Below are positions 13,084 through 25,777 of a DNA stretch of 64,000 nucleotides, in pieces. The DNA comes from Glaucostegus cemiculus (Eukaryota): contig CDPCPM010000370.1 of assembly GCA_976551045.1 (NCBI GenBank), positions 1,984,001 through 2,048,000 of the forward strand, given 5' to 3'. Under the pieces are notes generated by a model. It saw only the letters and a list, made by a program, of their open reading frames with translations. It had not been told where the DNA came from and did not search any database. Position 1 is the first letter of the stretch, and each line of letters opens with the position of its first letter. Position numbers and translations under genes: made by a program.

Positions 13084-13589
13084 AGACTCCACACAGTAAT
13101 AGGTCGCCGTGTCAGACAGCCGAAGGGCCAGTATGGTCAACCGATACTCTTTATTTGACCCCTGAACTACATCAGTAAATCGGCCTTTAGTGAAATCCGC
13201 TTGAAGTTCAAAGCCGCCAGTTGTGTCTCTCCGGACCGTAAAATCCATATGTCCGCTTGGATTCTGACGGTACCAGAATAAATAGAAATATTCACCGCTG
13301 TAGGTGTAGGTTAAAGTAATGGGTTCCCCTTCTGTCCGCGTGAGCACGGACTCCTGCTGAGTTTTGGAACTGGCATCGTTCAGACCTGGATAACGGGTAA
13401 AGAAAGTGAAATAAAATCTCAGCTTTCAAATTCCGAAATCAGGGTTATTTTGCATTTTCCCTCTAAGACTCTGTTACTGAGGATCTGGTTTGTTCGCTGC
13501 ACTCAGGCAATTTTACAATAATTTAAATCAATTGCCTTCTTACCGATGATGAATGTCACCCACAGCGCAGCATCTGCAAGGAGTCGCAT
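13084..13589 (-). CDS. TCR alpha/delta V gene, family B. Leader 13544-13589, V exon 13084-13385. First conserved Cys replaced by Tyr.
   Basis: Leader MRLLADAALWVTFII G|gtaag. V reads GLNDASSKTQQESVLTRTEGEPITLTYTYSGEYFYLFWYRQ...LRLSDTATYYCVES. RSS is CACAGTG-23-ACAATAACT (13045-13083). Confidence 0.85.
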
Positions 13590-13680
13590 TTCACTGATCC
13601 CAACAACCAGACCTTTTTGTGTCTCAGCGACCTGCGGGACCTGACCAAAAGGAGAAGAGAGCGCCGGCGGCGATGTTACA

Positions 13681-13693
13681 ACGTCACTTCCTG
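13681..13693 (-). promoter_or_regulatory. Composite ETS/CRE element upstream of a V leader
   Basis: CAGGAAGTGACGT about 90 bp upstream of the ATG at 13589; conserved in the paralogous block near 17795. Confidence 0.5.
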
Positions 13694-14772
13694 CAGAACA
13701 ACAACCAGAAAGGAGGTGTTGTTCTGGCTTTGGTTCGTTAGTTCTTGGTCCCTCTCTGAGATCAAGGCGGAATTCAGACGGTAAATTCGGTGATTAAATT
13801 CGAATGTCTCAGAAGGAAAATGAGACATTCAGCGCAATTCTCAAAGACCTGGCAGACACCTTGACACCCAGACATTTAGATTGAAATGGCCAGAGGCACC
13901 TGAGTAACAGAGAGCATTTATCGCAAGTTGACGGGGAAAAGCAGTTGATCTACAGCTGACCGAGAGTCCGCTTCGTCAGCAGTTACGTAGAGAAAGAGTT
14001 CATTTTCCAGTTTACCTGACAAAGGTAACAACACGCAAATGCTGGGAACACTCAGCTCGCCTGGGTGCTTCCAAGGAGAAAGAAAGAGTTAACATTTCTT
14101 GTGCACGACTTACTGAGACTTGGTTGCCATCTGGTGGAATAGACCTTCTTTTCTTCCCGATGACTTTGCATGCACGTCCAACAAACCCCAACAAACAAAG
14201 TCGATATTTCCAACCACTAAATGAATTACTCAGTTCGAAGAAGAAAACAAATGCTTGGACTACAGGAATAGATGGAGAATTATCGTGTGCCGGAGGTGCT
14301 TGTTTGTTTCGGAATTTCTACACTAAATCTAGTCTTCCTTTTGTCTGCTAGAAATCCAGTTCCGAGAAGAATAAATACTGTGCTTAACGCCGTTGCTGCC
14401 CCATCGCTCCATTTCTCTCCCATTCTACCTACCTCCAATTGCTAGCCAAGTAAGCAAGCGCAGTTTAATCACAGTCAACAACCACCAGTTACGATAATTC
14501 TGCTCACCGCTGAGCGGCAATCGCACTTCACGTCCACACACGCCCACGGTCTGTGACCCGCTTTATTTTGAATATTGACGTCGCCCCGCCCACATCTCGT
14601 TCCTGTGCTCGGTCTGAGCACTTGTTCCGCCATGTGTCATTGGAGATTTTTTTCAGTCAGGTGCCGCTTGTGATTGGTTGACGCAGCTGTGGATTGGGGG
14701 AGGGGGATTTGTACATCTACTTTGTCAGAGGGCCTCCAGGACCGAAAACCCACAGACTCCGGGAGCGTCAAC

Positions 14773-15250
14773 ATGAAGAAGCTCTTCGAGACACTCCTTG
14801 TCATTGAGTCACTTTTCCGTAAGACTTTTATACCTTCCAATATTCCAGACATCCCTTGATCTCTGAAAACCCGATATTTCCACTGATGGAATAAAGGTAT
14901 TCATTGTAATGCTTGCGACTGAGCTCTTCATTTTTTTATCCTTCAGACTGGAGCCTCCAAGATACAGTGGAACAGTCACTCGCTGGAAATACATTAGAAG
15001 AGGAAAGTGATGTCACTCTAAACTGTACCTTGAAAACAGCCGACGTACTCCCCAATGTTTTCTGGTACAGACAGCACCCGGCACAGCCCCCACAGTATCT
15101 ACTGCATTTTATCGCAGGGGAACAGAACAGAAACAGCGACATTACCGTCCGAATTTCTTCTACCTACGACAAAACAGCAAAATATACTGAACTAACAATC
15201 CGCGAGACCGAGATCTCAGACTCTGCCCTGTACCTCTGCGCCATGAGCCC
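14773..15250 (+). CDS. TCR alpha/delta V gene, family C, apparently functional. Leader 14773-14818, V exon 14947-15250.
   Basis: Leader MKKLFETLLVIESLF C|gtaag. V reads WSLQDTVEQ...VTLNCTLK...FWYRQHPAQPPQYLL...ISDSALYLCAMSP. RSS is CACACTG-23-ACAAAAACT (15251-15289). Confidence 0.92.
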
Positions 15251-16089
15251 CACACTGTTGCAGAATCTCAATGAGCACGAACAAAAACTCACCCTTGGAA
15301 ATTCCATGAGCGGCCGCCAGAGGGAGACCTCGCCCACAGGAACAGACGGACTCGCCTTACGGGGTGATGTCATTTGTGTCCCCGAATACAAAATCTAATT
15401 GTTGGAGAATCGTTTAGATATGTTTATTGCTGTCAGTGCGGGCTTCTAACACCAGCCATATATCCAGCTGTCCGTCGTATTTATGTTTCTGATTCCTGAT
15501 CAATGCAACTGCTTCCAACTCGACTTTATATTCATTGGATATTCTCTTTTTATTTAATTGAATACTCAGCAAATGACGTCAGATGATTACAAAATCAATC
15601 AGAATAAGCAAATCCGTTACAGGGACTGGTAGAGAATGTGGCAGAAAATATCCGAAAATGGTCCGTCCTCTGTTCAGATCATTTCCCCATCATGAGTCCA
15701 TGAAACCCATCACGCAATCACCTCACTCGGCAGCAACCACGATTGGCTGGATCATTGACCACGTGCTTTTTATTTCCGTCAATGGCTCGACGCCCTCTGC
15801 TGGAGTATTTAGTAAATGGCGTCGACTTTGCTTTCACCCAGCACACGCAGACTTTTTGCCACAGCACGGGATTCAGGTACATTCCGTCATTAACCGACAC
15901 CAAACAATTTGCACCTCCCTGTAATTTCACGTGCCATAGTTGAAAAAACATGCCAAAATTACTTCCCTGTCACATTCCGTTAAATTTCTAACAGTTTCCT
16001 GTTCTTCAACAACATTTGAAGGAGGAAAACATATCCATACAATTGGTCAGATCATGTTCCGTACAAGCAAAAAAAGAAACACACAGTCT

Positions 16090-16690
16090 TGTATAATTGT
16101 TAGGAACTATTTTATTAGTAACTACTTATGATAATAATAAAAGTAAAATTGTTAGCTATTAAACATTAATCCGAAAACTAAACTCGAAGTGTGTGTGTGG
16201 TAACTTCCCAAACTCAAAGTCCAGGAATAGTTCTCAAATTTCACTTCAGCAAGTCGTGAGGTGAAACGGAGCAGACGTTTGCAAAACCACATTTGACTGA
16301 AGAGAAAATGTAGCGAGAAAATAGAGAGAAATTACAACATTCAGATGTTCTTCGATGGAACCCATGCAACATCGCAATCACTTATGATTTCCATTAATTT
16401 GTTCCGAAGTATCTGCCACCTCGAAAGGCATTCGAGACGTTGCTGTCCACAGAAATATTTGTTTCCTTCCTCAGGTTAACGACAAAATGCACTCCCCTGG
16501 ATTACTCCAAAAATCCTTACGTGGATTTTAGTGATAGACTCAGATATTGTTCTTCATCCATCCACACAGAGAACAGCAGTCAATCTCTCTCTTCCTCTCT
16601 GTCTTTCTGACTCGCTGAACAGACGTCAACACGTTATCTACTGTTGTCGTGATGACGCCACACACACACACACACAAACTACTGTAACAT
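16090..16690. mobile_element. Possible solo LTR or dispersed repeat
   Basis: Starts tgt and ends tgtaaca; the 5' part is repeated at 5470-5700. Confidence 0.45.
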
Positions 16691-17639
16691 GTCTTAAAGG
16701 GACATCCACCAAATAACAACCTAATCCGTACAAATGAAATTAAATATATGCCAGTCAAGACAAATTAGACCTATCAATGCACATGGTGCAGACTCCTGGC
16801 AGGTGCGACCATGAATTCTGCACTATGCCAGGATAGTTCCATTGTAAGAAGCATTAAGATCACGCGGCTTGACTGCATCTCGCGTTGTTCACCTGCTTCG
16901 AATAATTTAGTTTTGTGCATCTAAGCAGGCTTAAAGTTGAGGGTCAGACTGATGATAATATGTCAAGAAATGCGGATAATACCGAATGAACTCACAACGT
17001 TTTATCCACTAAATCAGCTTGTTAATTTTGTGCAGTAAATCTCATTCGTGGCTCTGATCGACGGTTCTTGCACCTTCACAAACCCTGATTCTCCATTTCG
17101 GATTTACTGCCATTCTCTATTTTGTGTTCTGTTTATAATTATGCAGTTAACATAAAATCAAATAGCCTTCACAACAGAAAATGGGATTTTGTCGCAATCT
17201 GTGCCTCGCACAATCTTTCATTGCCATTCATTAACTCACCCTTGTAATTCACCTTCACCCTTCTCTTTCACACGTCAGACACTAACTTTAACCTCTAGCC
17301 ATTCGGCTCCACCACTACTCCGTTTGATACCGAGTCCCACATTTTCATCATATTCCTCATACGGAGCTTCTCTTTCATCGAATTTATCAACCACAATCGG
17401 CCCGATACTCCTGTCCAGCTGGTGTAATTATCACACAGGACGAAGCTATAGCCCGGTACATATTGTCCCGAGAAACCCATCACCTGGAAGATCTATTCGG
17501 CCTTTCTTGGTGTATGGGACATACGCTCGTCCTGATGGATATTTCCGGCTGTTTGGTTGCCCCCTTTTCCCCACGACGTATAGTTTGGTGATCCGATCTG
17601 TTAGCTTTAGCCCAGCATTCTGGTGAAAATTTCACAGGT

Positions 17640-19450
17640 TTCATTTACTACCAGTGATGAGTTTCAGTCCTTGCACAGCGCAGCGAGAGTAAGGAGTTGA
17701 ATTTTACTGCTCCCAACGGCCAAACTTATTATGTCACCGGGATGTGCGGATCATCAATCAGCAAGTGCAGAGCCCTCCGCCCGGGGTGGCGGAACGTTAC
17801 TTCCTGCAGAATTCTAATCGGAATATGGGCGTTGTGCTTGTTAGGGTTGGTGGATCTGCCACCCTGCTCCAGACGTAGGTGTGTCGTTATCCGGGAGATC
17901 TGAGAAATATTTCATTTCGCTGATAAAAGGGAACTTCCAGAAAGCAAAAGAATTAGCTCAGCTCTCACAGGCCTGAGCGATAGCTTGATATCTGGCCGGC
18001 TGGATCAACTTGAATGGAAGCACCTTTGATCACCGGTTGACTTGCGAAAAGCGATTACTCTCCAGCTGATCCAAGATTTCGCTTCATAAACATAACTTAA
18101 TTTCCAGCTTGCCTGAGAATGATAACACACAGAAATGCTGGGAACTCTCAGTAGGTCTGGCCGTACCTGTGGGAAATGAAAACAAGTAAATCTTTCTCCT
18201 GTCGTCGTTGCTTACTATTTGTGCCATCTGGTGTTTCTTTTCGCGGCAACAGTACATGCAACTCAGTGCCGTCTTTTCCGACACCATCCACACTACGTCA
18301 CAACTCCAAACCTTGCAAAGAATAAAAATAACTTAGTAAAAAATCTGAACTTTCCCACTACAGGAATGGACGGCGAGTTAATCATTCTCCTGCTGCGGTC
18401 TAATGGTTTTTGCATTGTTACATCAAACCACCTGCCTTCAGTTTCTGCCAGAAATCTGGAGCAGACGTGATCAAACAATATTAGAACTCCATAGCTCTGC
18501 AGTCGCTCAGTTTCTCTCCCACTCTCCCACTCCCGCAGTTGCTGCCTCAGTGAGAAAACACAGTTTGATCGCGGTCTTCTTTTCACCAACCAGAGCTCAG
18601 TCGCTTCGGCGACCAGTAAGCGGCGCTGCGCTCTTCCTGCACTTTCACATAGTCTCCAATTATTTCAATTTCGAATTCTTTGCCAGTTCTCACACAGCTC
18701 ACGTTTGTCCCTCTCGGCGAGTGTAATTTTTGTTCTTCAATTATCGGAGCATTATTTTCACGCGGCGCAGATTCGATTGGTTCGCTCAGCACTGGAGGCG
18801 TGCTCTCCGTATTTCTACTCCAACAACGTGTTTACCAGTCTTCAGGCTTGCAGACTCAGGGACAATCATGCAGAAACGCCTTGCGCCACTCCTCATCATT
18901 ATGTCACTTTTCGGTGAGTATTTCCTTCCCAGTCAAATTCCAGACTTTCCCTGATCTCTGTAACCGTGATGTCACTTTTGGCGGAATAATGGCAATGATT
19001 ATGTTGATTGGGTTAGTAACGGTGGCTGATTTATTATTTTTCTGTCAGACTGGAGCCTCCAAGACTCTGTGGAACAGACTGTTGCTGAAATGAAGTTAGA
19101 AGAGGAAAATAATGTCGCACTAAACTGTACCTTGAAAACAACCAATGCAAACCCGTATATTTACTGGTACAGACAGCTCCCTCGGCAGCCTCCGCAGTAC
19201 CTGGTTCGGATTACGGGCTGGATAACAGACATAAATCGTGACTTCACTGACAAATTCTCTTTCACCTTCAATAAAACGACCAAGGTTACCGAACTAACAA
19301 TCCACGAGACCGTGATCTCCGACTCCGCTGTATACCTCTGTGCTCTGGACCCCACACTGATGCAAAAACACTGCAGACCTGAACAAAAACCGACTCTTAA
19401 TATTCCCGGAGCTTTCGACAGAGGGCGATATCACATAAAAAAATAAGTCA
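17640..19450. repeat. Duplicate of 13540-15400 (divergent-promoter block plus family C V gene)
   Basis: Collinear similarity through a leader remnant (17647-17702), the ETS/CRE motif, the intergenic spacer and the V gene. Confidence 0.8.
18868..19352 (+). CDS. TCR alpha/delta V gene, family C copy 2, apparently functional. Leader 18868-18913, V exon 19049-19352.
   Basis: Leader MQKRLAPLLIIMSLF G|gtgagt. V reads DWSLQDSVEQ...VALNCTLK...YWYRQLPRQPPQYLV...ISDSAVYLCALDP. RSS is CACACTG-23-ACAAAAACC (19353-19391). Confidence 0.92.
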
Positions 19451-20430
19451 CAAACGGAAAGGAAATGACGTAACGTGTTCGAATGAGTGCAAATTTAACA
19501 GTTCGTATTCAGAGATATTGGAGAAATGTAGATGTATTTAACAGCTAACTGCGAACAACAGCCTTTTATCCCGAACAGCTTCACGTATTACTGAACTAAT
19601 CTTGAGTTTATTGTGCTGTTTGTGCACCCAAGACATTTAGATGAACCCAATGCAGCTATCGGTGTGTAACACGGGCATACATTACAGGACGATATTCCCT
19701 GTGGTCTGCTCAGGGACATTACATCCACAGTCCACAAGGGACGCCCGATGGAGCTATCATTCGGTAGAGATGGTGATTGTTGTTGAATTTTATCAAATAG
19801 TGTTGCTGTTTCAGTTAATTATTCTGACGCCCTCTAACGCCATATTATTACAACGTCTTTACTGCTATTGTCAGCCATAATGCATAGATTATACTTCAAG
19901 AGCTACGTCATAAACGTTTTCTGAGAAGTTGACAAAAAAACTAATTCCACTCAACCCTTCCTTTCCCGTGTTTGGGAATAAAGTAAGTCTAATCTTTTAT
20001 GACCTCCAAGCAGGACATCGTTGTTGTTATTTTGATCAAGTAGAGACAGAAGTTTTTACTATAATTTATGGTAATTCCTTGGCTATGCGCTTAGCGGCTG
20101 CTTAAAAACAATGTCAGTTGTTAGGAGATTCGTCTTTGTAAAGAAACCTAGATGTGTAATAGGTGTTGCAAAATGGCGTCCAGGTAAATGTAGAAGGTGG
20201 CTCTTGTATGTTTGGCGAAGCTGACGTGCCTGGAGAACAACATAATTCTGCTCCTATTTGTATGTTCGTATATATTCATCCTTCAACACAGATTACGCCA
20301 ACGCCTCGAATGAAATTTGGAGTGTGGTTTCTGAGTGTTATCAGATCACTATCTACGTCACAGATCCGATCCAGTGAGTGCAAGTGAGAATCGCCCGTCT
20401 ATCCTTTACAGATTGACTGTGCACCAGACA

Positions 20431-20826
20431 CAGTGTCGGGTTCAAAGCGCAGTGATACACGTCAGAGTCAGAAAGAAGGGCCCTGGAGACTGTCATGGAG
20501 ACAATTTTCTTATCTGCGTCGAAATCCGCAGAGAAATAGGAAAGATAATCTGGAGAAAGTCCTTGCCGAATCGCTTCAGTAAATCTCTCGGAGTTCGTAC
20601 CAGAAGTGGTTGACATAGTTACCCGAAGTGGAGTAAGTACATTTCGGTATTGTGGTCTTTTCCATCTCTACCGTTGGAAGAGGCAGTTCCCCAGAAACCG
20701 TGTGTTCGCCACTCGCTCCTGCAACAAAGCACTGAGAGATCAAACAGTATGGTACTGACTATGACCCACGGGACACGCACTGTTTATTTAAACAGAGACC
20801 CAACAGACAGCAGCGGCATTTTTCAT
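20431..20826 (-). pseudogene. TCR V pseudogene. Decayed leader ~20781-20826, V exon 20438-20718.
   Basis: ttgcag|GASGEHTVS...KCTYSTSGNYVNHFWY, then a frameshift, then FSADFDADKKIVSMTVSRALLSDSDVYHCALNP. The heptamer is mutated to GACACTG. Confidence 0.75.
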
Positions 20827-22809
20827 CAGCAGAGAACAGGAGAGAAAAGTAGGTCCTGCGGTCAATCCAGAACGGAAATGCAACGTTTCAGAATTTAACC
20901 ACCTGAACTGAAATATCAAAGAGGATAATCGTATCAGGGCCTTGTTACTTTGATCAGGCAGACCCTGGGAATTTGGCTAGATTTCATCAACAAACTGTGA
21001 ATCAATCACCGTTAGTTGCGTCCCAATCCCTGCCCACTCTCTCCAACCTCCGTGCGCTGACCCTTTTATGAATATCGAATTCCCATAGAAAGAAGTCGGG
21101 ATCTTTGATAAGGGTCCTCGTGTGAACAGCGGCTGCAAGCTGCGGTGTATTGCCAGCACTGGGAAACAGTCACAGTCACACCACGAAAAGAAAATGAAAT
21201 CTAAACTGCTGGTAATATTCATTGGGTCAGGCAGCACCTCCGCAAAGAAAAACCGAACTAACTTTTCACACTGAGGACTGCTCGTCAGAAACAGTTAAAA
21301 TGCCACAAGATTGTGTTGTACCCGCATATCAGATGCTTTGAACGAAAGGTTCACAGATGTGAATCGAGAGCGCCCTCTTCTGTCTCTTGGCATCTGAAAG
21401 CCGAAAAACAGAGAACCACACACACAGAGCACAAATGCGGGCACTCATTCCAAGGCCTCAGAAACATACAGGCACAGAAGGAGTCAGAGATAAATACACA
21501 AACACAAAATGCGCCGTTAATTAGGCAGAGGCAAATAAATAGACGTAATCACATAGATTCACTCGAATTCAGACAGGAGCTCACAGAAGGATAACAGATA
21601 AATATGGCTGAGAGTCAACGGTTGCAAATACAAATTTAGGAGGGTCTTTCTTCTATGACAAGAGACCGCACTAAAATCCACTCTCATCGCCAAGCGCTTC
21701 CCCTCCATCTCTCATATCTGCCAATGCACCTCGGCTTCAAAGGCCGCCCACAGGCAATCCATCGTGATCGGTTTGAATTGACATCATTGTCGGCATATGC
21801 ATCGTCGACCGAAGGGCATGTACCAGTGCTGCAATGTTCTTTGTTCAAAATCATTCTCCTGACGACGAGATTTAGAATGGATAAAACGCATGGGGGTTAC
21901 AGCGGAATTGGACATCTTTTGTTGGGTGGCATGTTAAGTGCCATCTACAATTCCGGTCGCCACATTAGGCAATGTGACAACAAGGTAGATGGCGCAGCGG
22001 GAATGTATCTAAATGTTGTTGAGCTGCGAAACGTTAAGCAGGTTATCAGATTGGACAGGCTGGATGCTGTGGTGCCGTGGCCAAGGCGAGAAAAGTCGGT
22101 CTTGTAACCCCCAAGGCGCAGCGTTAAATCTCGTCAGTTACGATGGACGTTGCTGCCCTTTGATAAAACGTTGCATGTCACTTAGTTCTACTCCCTTTCC
22201 GAAGAGTGGAATCGTTAATTATGTGTCTTTTGTTGCTGCTGCCGCAATGTGGAGTTAACCTCGCCGCCACTTTATATGAGCAAGCGTGCATTGCGTTTGC
22301 ACAATTGTCCAACTGATCATCGGACGCCAGGGGGCACCAACACTCTGATTCCACGTCGCCTAATATGTCGACAATTATCCCACCTGTTACAAATCCCATT
22401 GGCAGAAGCACTCAACATTTACTCTTCATTTCTCCATGGATGGGCACACTGATCTCCACCGGAATTTAATGAAGGAGAATAATTTACATTTGTTTAATGG
22501 TGTGACTGCACTTGTGTCTTTGGGTGGAGAATTCAGAAATGGAAAAGTAAATAAAATAATATTTGTTGAATCTTCATTTGGTCGCATGCGCAGTTCTGAT
22601 CTGTATGCACCTGGATTAGACCACAACGAGAAGCGTTCACACAGATCCTTCATACATATTAAATAATAATGCGTGAAACATAATATGACGGGATCAGTGA
22701 AGGTTCAACAAATAAAGCAAGCAGGCAACCCGTGAAATCTGCCCGAGTCCTTTTGGTACGGATCTATCGCTGCAACTTAACTGCCACATTACACCATCTT
22801 GCCTCACAC

Positions 22810-23900
22810 AATGCTGGACCTGGTATTTTCGGGCAGCAATACAAAATGAAGAGTGATTTGTGTCTGCTGTTATATGACGCAGAGTTATACAAAAAGTGAC
22901 AGAACCCAGCGTTAACCGCCAAGTATAACACGAAAAGTGACTGAGCCTGATGTTACAGGGTCCAGTATAATACGAACAGTGACTGCACCTTATGTTAAGT
23001 GCCCAGTGTAATGCGGAAAGTGACGGTGCTATTGAGCTCATTGTAGAATGAACATTGGCTCGGCCTGTTGTTATACGGCCCAAAAAACTTGAATAATGAT
23101 TGGCCCTGTTGATATGATCCATTGTAATATGAAAAGTGACTAGGTCTGGATTTATAGGGCGCTGAATAATATTAGACGTGACTGCACCCGTTGCTATATG
23201 GCATTGTATTACAGAAATAACCATTGAACTTGCAATTTGATAGCGTATTTTATCAAGAAAGTTGACCACTCTTGGTGTTGAGAGCCCAGTGTCATGCGAA
23301 GAGTGATTTAGCCGGGTGTTATATGGTTCAGTGTAATATGAATTGTGACTTAAGCTGGTGGTACAATGCCCAGTATCATATGCAGTATAGCTGGACCTGC
23401 TGTTATCTGTCAACTATGTAACTTGAAGGTGAAATGGGCCTGGTGCTATCTGGCGAGTACGAACAATGACTGGGCCTGATCGTTCAGCGCCTGATGTAAC
23501 ACAAAATTTCACTGGGGCTTGTGTTAAGAAGCCTGTGTAATATGAAGAGCGACTAGGCCTGGCGTTAAGGGCCCAGTACAATAAGAACAATAACAGGGCC
23601 TGGTACTATTAAGCCTGGTGTAAAGTACATTCTCATTGGGCCTGGTGATTTAGGACCTAGTGCATCATGAACAGTGAGTAGGCCGGTTTATGTCGGCATA
23701 TTGTAAGACGAAGATTGACTAGGTCTGGTGTTATAGTGTCCTGTGCAATATACACTGTGACTGTACCTGCGGTTTTGTGAAAGTGACAATGTGAACATCT
23801 TTTGTTTGTGTTGTTATTGGACATAGTTTAATGTGAATGGTGTTTGTGCCTAATTATAATATGAACAGGAGTCCGACCTGCTGTTATCGAATATGGTTAT
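22810..23900. repeat. Diverged 42-bp tandem minisatellite, roughly 25 units
   Basis: Approximate consensus GTGACTGGGCCTGGTGTTATAGGGCCCAGTGTAATATGAACA recurring at ~42-nt period. Confidence 0.8.
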
Positions 23901-25777
23901 GAACGAAAGAAAATTCAGGCTGTCTCGGCGCAAGGTAATTGGCCCAGGGAATTTGCCAGGTGAGAGTTTCTCTGGGCTCTTCAAAAGGGGAATCGCATTG
24001 CCTCAATCTCCAGATGAATGCTTAGTACATTTGGTTGTTGATTGTCAACATCTCAGTCAGGAAACCAATTGCGGGTGAAATGCTGGAGGTCATCAATTAG
24101 AAGACTTCATTGCATATCCTCGCTACGGAGACGCTGAGCTGACCCTATCAGAGAAATTCACATTATTCCAGCCACCGAACACTTCCCAATACCTTCTGCT
24201 TAAATCTAACGTGCATTTCCCTCTTACACAGTTCTGACAAAGGTCCTTGACCTGACATTTTGACTCCATTTCTCCGTTATTGATAATGCCGGACCCGCTG
24301 AGTGTTTCCAGGAACTTTCTGATTTATTTGCTGATCCCACGTCTCCCGTGTGGCAGACCAGGACATCCGATACTGCAGCTGATGAGAAGGGACATCATTG
24401 TTTTGTGTGTGCTGCACAGGAGTGCGAGCAGGAATCAGACTATTACCAGAAGCAGGCGAAGTATCTAAATCTAGAGGGACGGCGTAATTCCAAATGGGAG
24501 CCAGAAGGACAGATGACATACAAAAATAGGGCACAAGGTTTTGATTAGTCGTATGTCTCCCCAATTTTCTCTGCACATTCCGTGACTAAATGCTGTTCAA
24601 CGGAAAGTCAAATGAAAGATATCCGTGTTGAATTTTCACCCACCGCCTTCATGACCAGTGCGTTCACTGTGTGATCTCAGAACAGTCTGGGGTGTGGTGA
24701 GAAACACACTGGACGCATTTCGCTCCTGTTGATTCCTCGTCCATCTCTGTATCCTGTTGATAACGACCAGGAGCTTTGCAGCATTTGAAATATCCGGTTT
24801 CTGCGGGACACCGGCAGCCATTTCCAAATCCTTTTTACACTCAAACGATTATCAGCACTGATTCCACTCCATGTCCTTAATGCGATGCCCACGAAGAGAA
24901 AACAGTGCACGAGGCAATACGGACAGGCAGGGAAAGAAAGGGAAAACAGTTAGAAAACAATTACTGTCTGGCTGCTGCAGAAAACTTAACTCTGAGGTTA
25001 AACAGAATGTTAAAAGAAATGGAAATCTGGGAAACAGGCAGGCGCACATTATTAGTTTGTTAAAACATATCATCTGCTTCTCTCAGGTGAACTGAACACA
25101 ATATGGACGCTGTAAATCTGAAACAAACAGAGCCACATGGTTGAAATACTCAACCGTTCATGTCGCATCCATGGTAGTTGAAACAGAGTAACATTTCAAC
25201 TCGAGGATCTTTCATCAGAATTGTAAAGGTGAGAAACCGAGTTAGATTCCGTATCTTGAGAGAGGACAGTTGGAGAGAACACAAGAAAAATCCCTGGGCG
25301 CTGAGGTCAGAGTTTCCCTGGTGAACGCTGCTGGAGGAGCTGTCTGATTGGTCAATTAATGAAGAGAGTTTGAAGGAGAAAGAAAACCGAAGGAAAAGGG
25401 TCTTTGTGTTGGCATGACGAAGCTTCTGGGTGAGAGAGAAATAAGGAGCAAAGGAAACCGGAGACGCCTGCTGACAGAATAACGACCTCACCCACAAATC
25501 CTCTGAGAAATGTAGGAGGAGCTTTCCCATCAAATCAAAACCAGAGGCATCAAATGGATCTGAAATCCTGTCGTTTCCTCGCACAACTCACAGCCAGTGA
25601 TACGAGTACATGGCGGCCCTTTAATAATCTCCGGTGCACCGCCCATACGAAACCAATATGACCCGCTGAAGTGTCCCAGTCCAGCTTTGGGAGACAGTCT
25701 GGAGGACACAATGGGAGCCCTGGGCCGTGGGCTCGACCTCCCCGTCACAGAAACCATCTGCTGCCGGAGATAGAGCG

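Noticed and set aside
15720-22260. Faint shared FRYIP-coding word at ~15875 (+) and ~22000 (-)
   Set aside because: Too short to establish homology or coding status.
22694-23413. 239-aa ORF as a real gene
   Set aside because: It overlaps the 42-bp minisatellite, has no ATG start, no recognisable domain and no splice context.
22810-23900. Palindromic periodic repeat as a CRISPR array
   Set aside because: Eukaryotic context, units are contiguous and diverged along their whole length, there are no unique spacers and no cas genes.
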